From an uncultured bacterium (GTDB lineage Bacteria > Verrucomicrobiota > Kiritimatiellia > CAIKKV01 > CAITUY01): a stretch of 64,000 bases of DNA. Of this stretch, positions 29,665 through 37,879 are shown piece after piece. Position 1 is the stretch's first letter. Each line of letters begins with the position of its first letter. The stretch covers positions 25,052 through 89,051 of the forward strand of contig CAITUY010000085.1 in assembly GCA_903895695.1 (NCBI GenBank), given 5' to 3'. The notes beneath the pieces were generated by a model. That model saw only the letters and a program-made list of their open reading frames with translations, searched no databases and had not been told where the DNA came from. The translations under genes and the position numbers were made by a program.

Positions 29665-31728
29665 ATGACGACGATGGCGACAAGCGTCCGCGCAAGCGGC
29701 GATGGAGATAAACTGACCGCGCATCCCCTGGTCGACAAGGGTGCGGGACCGGTTGTGCGGTGTGCGGTCTGGTTGGGCCACTGGCTTACGCTGGCCGGTG
29801 CGTTGGCCGGCGCCGCGGTGGCCCTGCGCGTCCTGGGCGGTTCCGCGCCCGTTCACGTGGCGCTTCCGAAACTCTTCCCATTCGCTGAGATGTCTCTCCA
29901 CGTGGACGGGCTTTCCGCGTTCTTTCTCCTGGTCGTTTGCGTGGTCGCCGTCGCGGCCTCGGTCTATGGCCCTTCCTACCTCGGCGCGCACGCCAAGGCG
30001 CCGCTGGTCCAAACCCTGGCCTTCATGGTGTTTGTCCCCTGCATGGCCCTGGTATGCTGCGCCGGCGACGCGCTCACGTTTCTGCTGGCCTGGGAGGGCA
30101 TGACGCTCGCGAGCTACGTGCTCGTCGTGAGCGATACGGCGGACGCGGAAAAGACGCGCGCGGGACTGCTTTACCTGATCATGGCGCATGCGGGCACCGC
30201 GGCGCTGCTCGCCGTGTTCCTCACGCTCACCGTGCACGCGCAGGCGTTCGACTTCCCCGCGTTGCGCGACGCGGCGGGCCGGTTGGACGGCTCCACGCGC
30301 ACGGTGCTGTTCATGCTGGCGCTGCTCGGTTTCGGGGCCAAGGCCGGCGTCGTGCCGCTGCACATCTGGCTCCCGGCGGCGCACCCGGCCGCGCCCAGCC
30401 ACGTGTCGGCCCTGATGTCGGGTGCGATGCTCAAGGTCGCCATCTACGGCATCTTCCGTTTCGGGTTTGCGCTGCTGGCCTCGACGACCGGCCCGCTGCC
30501 CCCGTCGTGGGGCTGGACCGTCCTATTCCTGGGCACCGTTTCCGCCGTGTTCGGTGTCTTGCTAGCCCTCCAGCAACATGACCTGAAGCGTCTACTCGCG
30601 TATCACAGCGTGGAGAACATCGGCATCATTCTTATCGGCGCGGGGCTGGCTATGTTGCTGGGCGGCAGACCCGGCACGGAGCGGCTGGCCACGCTGGCCT
30701 TGGCGGCCTCGCTCCTGCACACCTTGAATCACGCGGCGTTCAAGGGCTTGTTGTTCCTGGGCGCCGGCAGCGTCGTCAGCCGCACGTTCACCCGCAACAT
30801 GGAGGAGTTCGGCGGCCTGGCCCGCCGCATGCCCTGGACGGCCTGGCTGTTCCTGCTCGGGTCGGTCGCCATATCGGCGCTGCCGCCGCTAAACGGGTTT
30901 GTCAGCGAGTGGATGACGTTCCAGGCCCTGGTACTGGGCGGCGCCAGAATGGGCGGCGCGTCGGGCCTGCTCGCCGGAATTGCGGCCTCGATGCTCGCGC
31001 TGACCGGCGGCCTGGCGGCCGCCTGCTTTGCGAAGGCCTTCGGCGTTACCTTCCTCGGCCGGCCGCGCTCGGCGCACGCCGAGCACGCGACTGAATCGCC
31101 GGCGCCGATGATCGCCGGCATGCTCCTGCTGGCGGGCGCCTGCGTGGCACTCGGCCTGGTGCCGGGGTATGCCATGCGCCTGCTGGACCGGCCCACCGCT
31201 GAAGTTATGGGCGGCCTGAGCGCCAGCGCGGTCGTCGCTGCCCGGGGGCCCCTCGTCCTTTCCGCCGGCGGCGGGCCGGCGGGCCTGGAGGCGACCTCGA
31301 TCTCGGTGACCCTGGCCGCATCGGTGTTCCTGTTGATCGCCGTGGCCGTGTGGTTTGTGCGGAGTTGGCCACGGAAGGCGCCGCGCCGGCTTGCGCCGAC
31401 CTGGACGTGCGGGATGACCCCCACCAGCCGCTTCGACTATACGGCGACTGCGTTCGCCAAGCCGTTGCGGCTCATCTTTGCCGCCGTTTACCGGCCGCAC
31501 CGGGCGATCGCGCGGGAGCCTGGTCCTTCGCCCTACGTGCCCCGGCGGTTGGTCTACTCGGGCGAGGTTGTCGATCTCACGGAGACGGTCTTCTACGCCC
31601 GGTTCAAACACGCGGTGACCGCCGTGTCCCAAGCCATCCGCGCCCGGAGCACCGGGCGGATCCACGGGTACATCGCCTACGTGCTGGCCACGCTGGTGAT
31701 TGTGCTACTTCTCTTCGGGAAAGGGTGA
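29665..31728 (+). CDS. hyfB: HyfB/NuoL-like antiporter-like subunit, cluster 2
   Basis: Paralog of 21810-23810 (HIWLPAAHPAAPSHVSALMSGAMLKVAIYG); first ATG at 29665. Confidence 0.8.
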   Translation: MTTMATSVRASGDGDKLTAHPLVDKGAGPVVRCAVWLGHWLTLAGALAGAAVALRVLGGSAPVHVALPKLFPFAEMSLHVDGLSAFFLLVVCVVAVAASVYGPSYLGAHAKAPLVQTLAFMVFVPCMALVCCAGDALTFLLAWEGMTLASYVLVVSDTADAEKTRAGLLYLIMAHAGTAALLAVFLTLTVHAQAFDFPALRDAAGRLDGSTRTVLFMLALLGFGAKAGVVPLHIWLPAAHPAAPSHVSALMSGAMLKVAIYGIFRFGFALLASTTGPLPPSWGWTVLFLGTVSAVFGVLLALQQHDLKRLLAYHSVENIGIILIGAGLAMLLGGRPGTERLATLALAASLLHTLNHAAFKGLLFLGAGSVVSRTFTRNMEEFGGLARRMPWTAWLFLLGSVAISALPPLNGFVSEWMTFQALVLGGARMGGASGLLAGIAASMLALTGGLAAACFAKAFGVTFLGRPRSAHAEHATESPAPMIAGMLLLAGACVALGLVPGYAMRLLDRPTAEVMGGLSASAVVAARGPLVLSAGGGPAGLEATSISVTLAASVFLLIAVAVWFVRSWPRKAPRRLAPTWTCGMTPTSRFDYTATAFAKPLRLIFAAVYRPHRAIAREPGPSPYVPRRLVYSGEVVDLTETVFYARFKHAVTAVSQAIRARSTGRIHGYIAYVLATLVIVLLLFGKG

Positions 31729-31732
31729 GTCC

Positions 31733-32683
31733 ATGGCGAGTATCGAACACATCGGGGCCGCCTGCGCGCAGACCGGGCTTCTGGTTGTGCTCGGACCCCT
31801 TGTGACCGGGTTCATCCAGAAGATCAAGGCGCGCCTTCAGTGCCGGCAGGGGGCGAGCGTCTGGCAGCCGTACCAGGACCTCGCGAAGTTGCTGCGCAAG
31901 GGAACCGTGCAAAGCGACACGGCCAGCCCGTTCTTCCAGGTCGTGCCGGTGCTCGTGCTGGCCGCCACCGTGACGGCCGCCGCCATGCTGCCCGTACTGC
32001 GCTCCTCGGTGGGCTCCTCAGCCCTGCCGTTCGGCGACGCCATTCTGCTCGTGGCCCTGCTGGCCCTGGCCCGTTTTCTCCTGGCGATCGGGGCGCTGGA
32101 TGCCGGGGGCGCGTTCGGCGGGATGGGGGCCTCCCGCGAAATGACCGTCGGCCTCTTGGTCGAGCCGGCCTTGATGCTCGTCGTTTTTTCGGTGGCGATC
32201 GTGGGCGGGACCACCGAGTTGGGCGACCTGGCCACGCGCCGGCATACGCTCGCTGCCATGGCGTGGCAGGCGCCCGACCTGCTCGCATTCTTCGCGATGC
32301 TGGTCCTGATACCGGCGGAAACCGGGCGGATCCCCGTGGATAACCCGGACACCCACCTCGAGCTCACGATGCTGCACGAAGGCATGCTCCTCGAGCACTC
32401 GGGGCCTGGCCTGGCCTGCATCGCCCTGGCCACGCACACCAAGCAGATCGTCATCCTCAGCCTGACCGTGGCGCTCTTCTGCCCGTACGGCATGGCACAG
32501 GACATCACGCCGGAGGCCTTGGGTCTGGCCCTGGCGGCCTTCGTCGCCAAACTTTTTGTGTTCGTGGTGTTTCTGGGCGTGATCGAGTCTTCCTACGCCA
32601 AGATGCGTTTCTTCAGGGTTCCCCAATTCCTGGCGTTGGGGTTGCTGTGCGCGTTCCTGTCCCTGGCGTTGAGGATCCTATGA
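31733..32683 (+). CDS. hyfC: HyfC/HycD (NuoH-like) subunit, cluster 2
   Basis: WQPYQDLAKLLRKG...ETGRIPVDNPDTHLELTMLHEGMLLEHSGP. Confidence 0.8.
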   Translation: MASIEHIGAACAQTGLLVVLGPLVTGFIQKIKARLQCRQGASVWQPYQDLAKLLRKGTVQSDTASPFFQVVPVLVLAATVTAAAMLPVLRSSVGSSALPFGDAILLVALLALARFLLAIGALDAGGAFGGMGASREMTVGLLVEPALMLVVFSVAIVGGTTELGDLATRRHTLAAMAWQAPDLLAFFAMLVLIPAETGRIPVDNPDTHLELTMLHEGMLLEHSGPGLACIALATHTKQIVILSLTVALFCPYGMAQDITPEALGLALAAFVAKLFVFVVFLGVIESSYAKMRFFRVPQFLALGLLCAFLSLALRIL

Positions 32684-33336
32684 GCATCGAGCTGGCCACC
32701 CGCCTGATCAATGACCTGGGAGCGCTGCTCCTGGTCACCATGATGCTTATCCTGGCGTCCGGGCAGTTGTTCCGCGCTATCTTCGCCGTCGCCGCGCAGG
32801 CCGTGTTCCTGGGAATCGCCGGCGTGATCCTGGGGATCGTCACCGGGAATCGCGACCTGTGGATTATTGCGGGCATCACGATCGTCGTGAAAGCCGTCCT
32901 GCTGCCCTGGCTGTTGATCCGGGTCGTCAAGCGGGTCCAGATCCAGCGCGAGATCGAGCCGGCCATCCCGATTTCCATCACGCTCATACTCGGCGCGGCC
33001 ATCGTGGTGCTCGCCTTCCACCTCAGCGCCACGCTGGGCCCGGTCCGGCAGGCGATCACCGGCAACGCGCTGCCCGTGGGCGTGGCGCTGACGTTGCTCG
33101 GCGTCCTGGTGATGGCCTCCCGGAAGAAGGCGCTGACCCAAATGGTCGGCCTGTTCGCCTCCGAAAACGGCATCTTCTTCACCGCCATGGCGATCAGCCA
33201 GGGCATGCCGTTCATCATTGAGATCGGTGTCATCCTCGACGTTGTCCTCGGTGCGCTCGTGATGGGAATTATGATCCTGCGGGTCCGTTCCGACGTGGAT
33301 ACGGATATCGCCGATCTTGAAAGTCTGAAGGGCTGA
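32680..33336 (+). CDS. hyfE: HyfE-like small membrane subunit, cluster 2
   Basis: Paralog of 24723-25388; ATGA overlap with hyfC-2. Confidence 0.7.
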   Translation: MSIELATRLINDLGALLLVTMMLILASGQLFRAIFAVAAQAVFLGIAGVILGIVTGNRDLWIIAGITIVVKAVLLPWLLIRVVKRVQIQREIEPAIPISITLILGAAIVVLAFHLSATLGPVRQAITGNALPVGVALTLLGVLVMASRKKALTQMVGLFASENGIFFTAMAISQGMPFIIEIGVILDVVLGALVMGIMILRVRSDVDTDIADLESLKG

Positions 33337-34808
33337 TGACCTCGACGCTTCCATGGGTTCTGCCGCTGGTGCCCGTCATCTCCGGGCTGTGTATGCTGCT
33401 CTTCCGCGACCGGCGGGTGCTCGCGGCGCTCGACATGGCCAGTTCGGGGGTAATCCTGGCGCTCGGGCTGGTGCTGGCGGGTGAGGTCGCCGCCGCCGGT
33501 CCTATCAGTGCTCTGGGCGCCATGCGTGCGGATGAAGTCACGGTGATCTTCCTGCTGCTGATCGGGTTTCTCGCCCTGGCGGTATCGATCTGCACGGTCG
33601 GCTGGATGCGGCAGTCCCTGGCGCGCTCGGAAATGAAGGCGGATCGGCTGCACTATTACTACGCGCTGGTGCAGGGCTTCATCGCCACGATGCTGGTGAC
33701 GGTACTGTCGGACAATCTCGGGATCCTGTGGATCGCCATGGAAGGCACCACCATCACGTCCGCGGTCCTGGTGGGCTTCCAGGGCAACAAGCACAGCCTT
33801 GAAGCGGCGTGGAAGTATATCATTGTGACCACGATCGGGATTTCGTTCGGCCTTTTCGGTACGGTGCTCATCTACGGGGCGGCCGCGCACGCGCAGGGCG
33901 GCGTTTTTGCCGGGGCCATGAACTGGTCGAGCATCTCGGCCATTTCAGGCAAGCTCGATCCCGGCATCGTGCGCATGGGGTTCATCTTTGTGCTCGTGGG
34001 CTACGGGACGAAGGCCGGTCTGGCCCCCGTTCATATGTGGCTGCCGGATGCGCACAGCCAGGCGCCCACGCCGGTCTCGGCGCTTCTGTCCGGCGCGCTC
34101 ATCAAGTGTGCGCTGTTTGGCATCATCCGGTTCCACACGATTGCGCGCGGCGCCTGCGGCCCGGAGTTCAGCGGGAACCTGCTGCTCTGGTTCGGCGTCA
34201 TCTCGGTGGTGGTGGCGACGCCGTTCATCATCGTCCAGCATGACTTGAAACGGCTGCTTGGCTATCACAGCGTCGAGCACGTCGGGATCGTCGTGCTGGG
34301 CCTGGGCTTCGGCGGCCCCCTCGGGACCTACGGGGCCCTGCTGCACACGATCAACCACGGGGTGACCAAGGCGTTGGCGTTCCTGATCGCGGGCGATGCG
34401 ATTCATCGCTACGACAGCCGCGACATGCGCGTGATCAAGGGCTTCCTGGGCGTCGCGCCGTGGGCGGGCACGCTGCTGTTCATGGGGGCGTTCTCCCTCG
34501 CCGGCACGCCGCCGTTCTCCATCTTCATCAGTGAACTGCTCATCGTTCGTGCGGGGCTCGCCTCCAGCCACTACTGGGCCGTGGGCATCTTTCTCGTCAT
34601 GGTGGTGGTCATCTTTGCGGGCCTGATCCACCACGTCGGGCAGATGGTCCTGGGCATCGCGGCAGAACCCGTGAGCCGCGAGAAGGAGTCCCGCCTGGGG
34701 CTGCTGGGGCTGCTTTTGCTGGCGGCGGTGATCGTGCTGCTGGGAGTGTGCATGCCCGCCGGGTTCGATCGGCTGCTCGTGCGGGCCACGGAGATCATCC
34801 ATGGATGA
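33336..34808 (+). CDS. hyfF: HyfF (NuoN/M-like) subunit, cluster 2
   Basis: HMWLPDAHSQAPTPVSALLSGALIKCALFG; ATGA overlap with hyfE-2. Confidence 0.8.
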   Translation: MTSTLPWVLPLVPVISGLCMLLFRDRRVLAALDMASSGVILALGLVLAGEVAAAGPISALGAMRADEVTVIFLLLIGFLALAVSICTVGWMRQSLARSEMKADRLHYYYALVQGFIATMLVTVLSDNLGILWIAMEGTTITSAVLVGFQGNKHSLEAAWKYIIVTTIGISFGLFGTVLIYGAAAHAQGGVFAGAMNWSSISAISGKLDPGIVRMGFIFVLVGYGTKAGLAPVHMWLPDAHSQAPTPVSALLSGALIKCALFGIIRFHTIARGACGPEFSGNLLLWFGVISVVVATPFIIVQHDLKRLLGYHSVEHVGIVVLGLGFGGPLGTYGALLHTINHGVTKALAFLIAGDAIHRYDSRDMRVIKGFLGVAPWAGTLLFMGAFSLAGTPPFSIFISELLIVRAGLASSHYWAVGIFLVMVVVIFAGLIHHVGQMVLGIAAEPVSREKESRLGLLGLLLLAAVIVLLGVCMPAGFDRLLVRATEIIHG

Positions 34809-36426
34809 TTCAACCATGGAATTGGAATCGGTTCTGAAGATGCGGCTGGGCAGTCTCGTCGCCTTCGGGCGCGGTCCGCGTCCATGGGATTTTACCCTGC
34901 GGCTGCGGCGCGCGGAGGACGTCGTCGCGGCCGTCGCGGCGTTCCAGGAGACTGGGCTTTGCCTGGCCACCCTCGTCGCAACCGACGAAGAGGCGACCGA
35001 TGAACACGATTTGAAGGTCCGCTATATCTTCGAACCGGGAATCGGTTTCCCGTTTCCGCTCCCGGACCTGTTCGTCACGCTCACGGCCTCGCTCGATCCC
35101 CGGTGCCCGGTCCTGCCGTCGATCGCGGCGCAGATCCCGGCGGCCAACTGGCACGAGCGGGAGGCCCGGGATTTGTTCGGGATTGTCTTCACCGGCCATC
35201 CGGACCCGAGGCCGTTGGTCGTTCACGACGGCTGGCCGCAGGGCCTGTACCCGTTCCGAAAGGGATTTGATGCCGGACAGCGCCCGGCCGTGGAGCCGGC
35301 CGAGGAATTTCCGCATCTGGTGGTCGAGGGCGAGGGCGTGTTCGAGGTGCCCGTGGGTCCCATCCATGCGGGCATCATCGAGCCGGGGCATTTCCGGTTC
35401 AGCACGATCGGTGAGAAGGTGCTGTTCCTGGACCCCCGCCTTTTCTACACCCATCGGGGGTTGGAGAAGCGCGTCGAGGGCCTGACGGCGCTCGACGGCT
35501 TCATCGTGGCCGAGCGCATGTGCGGCGTGTGTTCGCTCTCGCACGGGCTCGGGTTTTGCGAAGCGGCCGAGCAGATCGCGGGAATCGACATACCGGGGCG
35601 CGCGCGGACGATCCGGACCGTGGCCCTCGAACTGGAACGGCTCTACAACCACGTGGGGGACCTCGGCAACATCAGCGCGGGCGCGAGCTACCACTACGGC
35701 AATTCGGCCGGCTCGCGCATGAAGGAAGCGTTGCAGCAGGTCAACGAGCAACTGGCAGGCAACCGGTTCCTGCGCGGGTTGCTGACGCCCGGCGGCGTCA
35801 GTTTCGACCTGACGGCCGAAGTGGCCCAGTCAATTGGGCGCGTCATCGATGCCACGGAAGAAGCCCTCCGGGACCTGACGGAGCGGATCGAGAATAACCC
35901 GACCGTTCTCGACCGGCTGGATACGACGGGGATCCTGTCGCGTGCGGATGCCGTCAACTTGGGCGTGACGGGCATCGCGGCCCGTGCCAGCGGCCTCGAC
36001 CGCGATGCCCGGAGGGATCACCCCCATGGCGCGTATGCCGACGACGACGGCCCGCGCGTCAAAGTGATGACCGTGGATGAGGGCGACGTTCACGCCCGCC
36101 TGGTGCTGCGCGCGGCCGAGGCCGGCGAGTCCATGCGGTTGATTCGCGCCTTACTGGCGGACGTTCCCACCGGGCTGATCCGGGTCGATTTTCCCGGGGC
36201 ACTGCCCCCGTGGCGGGTTGGGCTCTCGGCCATCGAATCGCCGCGCGGGGCTTGCCTGCACTGGCTTCGCTCCGACGCGGCGGGGCGGATCGATCGTTAC
36301 CACCTGCGCGCGGCGAGCTATGCCAACTGGCCGGCTGTGGCGATCGCGGCCGAGACCGCGATCATTCCCGACTTTCCGCTGGTGAACAAGAGTTTCGAGC
36401 TTTGCTATTCCTGCACCGATCGATGA
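34801..36426 (+). CDS. hyfG: [NiFe] hydrogenase large subunit (HyfG/HycE/EchE-like, fused NuoC-NuoD) with intact Ni-binding motifs, no C-terminal extension
   Basis: N-terminal RMCGVCSLSH (L1 CxxC) and C-terminal ELCYSCTDR-stop (L5 CxxC at the very C-terminus, as in Ech/Coo-type enzymes). Confidence 0.8.
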   Translation: MDDSTMELESVLKMRLGSLVAFGRGPRPWDFTLRLRRAEDVVAAVAAFQETGLCLATLVATDEEATDEHDLKVRYIFEPGIGFPFPLPDLFVTLTASLDPRCPVLPSIAAQIPAANWHEREARDLFGIVFTGHPDPRPLVVHDGWPQGLYPFRKGFDAGQRPAVEPAEEFPHLVVEGEGVFEVPVGPIHAGIIEPGHFRFSTIGEKVLFLDPRLFYTHRGLEKRVEGLTALDGFIVAERMCGVCSLSHGLGFCEAAEQIAGIDIPGRARTIRTVALELERLYNHVGDLGNISAGASYHYGNSAGSRMKEALQQVNEQLAGNRFLRGLLTPGGVSFDLTAEVAQSIGRVIDATEEALRDLTERIENNPTVLDRLDTTGILSRADAVNLGVTGIAARASGLDRDARRDHPHGAYADDDGPRVKVMTVDEGDVHARLVLRAAEAGESMRLIRALLADVPTGLIRVDFPGALPPWRVGLSAIESPRGACLHWLRSDAAGRIDRYHLRAASYANWPAVAIAAETAIIPDFPLVNKSFELCYSCTDR

Positions 36427-36446
36427 GAACACCGTAGGAACCCGGC

Positions 36447-37256
36447 ATGATAAGGGCCATTCTGAGGAACTTGAAGACGGGCGTGGTGACGCAACGCGCC
36501 CCGCTGCCGCCCCCGGCCCGTTTCCGGGGCACGCCGAGCGTCAACCCCGGCGTTCCCTTCGATTCCCTGCCCGGGCCCTCGGTCTGCCCGAGCGGCGCCA
36601 TCACCGGCGGCGCGGGCACGGATGGATACGCGATCGACATTGCCCGCTGCGTCTTCTGCGGACGCTGCGCCCTGGCGTCGCCCGCCAATGCCATTGAGCT
36701 GGGCCGCGAAGTCGAACTGTCGGCGCGCCGTCGCGATCGGCTCGTGGTCCGTGTCGAGCGCGGCGCCGACGGACGGACGGTGATCCCGGCCGCCCCCGCC
36801 GCCCTCGAACCCGTGGCCAACCGAATCCGGCGCCTGCTGGGCCGCTCGCTGCACCTGCGCCACGTGGATTCCGGTTCCTGCAATGCCTGCGACTGGGAGC
36901 TCACCGCACTGTTGAACCCTGTCTACGACATACGGCGGCTTGGTATCGACTTCGTGGCCTCGCCCCGGCATGCCGATGGGATCGTGGTCACCGGTCCGGT
37001 GACCCGCAACCTGGAGACAGCCGTGCGGCGGACCCTGGAAGCCGTTCCCGAGCCGCGCCTGGTCATCGCGATCGGCGCCTGCGCCTCATCGGGCGGCATC
37101 GTCGGGCGCAGCTATGCCAGCGCCGGCGGCGTGGATGCTATTCTGCCGGTGGACGTCTACGTGCCCGGTTGCCCGCCGCGTCCCGATGCGATCATTTTCG
37201 GGATCCTTCTCGCCATTGGCCGGCTCGGCGAGCGCCAACCGGCCGGCCCGCGTTAA
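36447..37256 (+). CDS. Ferredoxin-like::hydrogenase small subunit (HycG/NuoB-like) fusion, cluster 2; Fd domain reduced to one predicted [4Fe-4S] site
   Basis: Motif 1 reduced to a single Cys-Pro (SVCPSG); motif 2 CVFCGRCALASP (Cys4 changed to Ser). Small subunit HLRHVDSGSCNACDWE...IGACASSGG...VPGCPP. Confidence 0.75.
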   Translation: MIRAILRNLKTGVVTQRAPLPPPARFRGTPSVNPGVPFDSLPGPSVCPSGAITGGAGTDGYAIDIARCVFCGRCALASPANAIELGREVELSARRRDRLVVRVERGADGRTVIPAAPAALEPVANRIRRLLGRSLHLRHVDSGSCNACDWELTALLNPVYDIRRLGIDFVASPRHADGIVVTGPVTRNLETAVRRTLEAVPEPRLVIAIGACASSGGIVGRSYASAGGVDAILPVDVYVPGCPPRPDAIIFGILLAIGRLGERQPAGPR

Positions 37257-37404
37257 GATGCGCACGGATGATCGGCGCCCGCCCGGTGGCGCCTCAGGGT
37301 TCGCGCCGGCGAGTCTGGGGGACTCCCCGATGGACGGTCGCCCATGACGCAGTAGAGTGCGGCCAGTATGCCTGTGCAACGCAACCGCGGAAGGAGAAGG
37401 TCGC

Positions 37405-37782
37405 ATGAAGAAGTCGTCGAATCCTGTCGGATGGTTTGAACTGCCGGTCAAGGAGATGAAACGCGCCAAGGCGTTCTATCAGCAGGTCTTCAAGGTCAAG
37501 CTGGAGGTGGCGAAGATGGGCGCCTGTCGCATGGCGTTCTTCGCGATGAGCGATAAGACCTATGGGACTGCCGGCGCCCTGGTCGAGGGCAAAGACTATA
37601 AACCGTCGACCAGCGGCGTACTGGTGTATTTCTTTACGGCGGATATTGAAGCGACGCTGGCGCTGGCCAAGGAGAATGGCGGGCGCGTGTTGCTTCCCAA
37701 GACGTCCATCGGGGAATACGGGTTCATCGGCTGGTTCCGCGATTGCGAAGGGAACCGCGTCGGCTTGCATGCGATGAAGTAG
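37405..37782 (+). CDS. VOC (glyoxalase/bleomycin-resistance fold) family protein
   Basis: GGAAGGAGAAGG RBS; NPVGWFELPVKEMKRAKAFYQQVF...GNRVGLHA typical VOC single domain. Confidence 0.7.
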   Translation: MKKSSNPVGWFELPVKEMKRAKAFYQQVFKVKLEVAKMGACRMAFFAMSDKTYGTAGALVEGKDYKPSTSGVLVYFFTADIEATLALAKENGGRVLLPKTSIGEYGFIGWFRDCEGNRVGLHAMK

Positions 37783-37879
37783 GCGGGAGGACTTGAGTCT
37801 TCTCGACCGGCCGGGGACGGCCGGCTCCAGCGTTCGGAATGATCTGGAGCCGGCGGTCCCCGCCGGTATCTTCAGGCCG

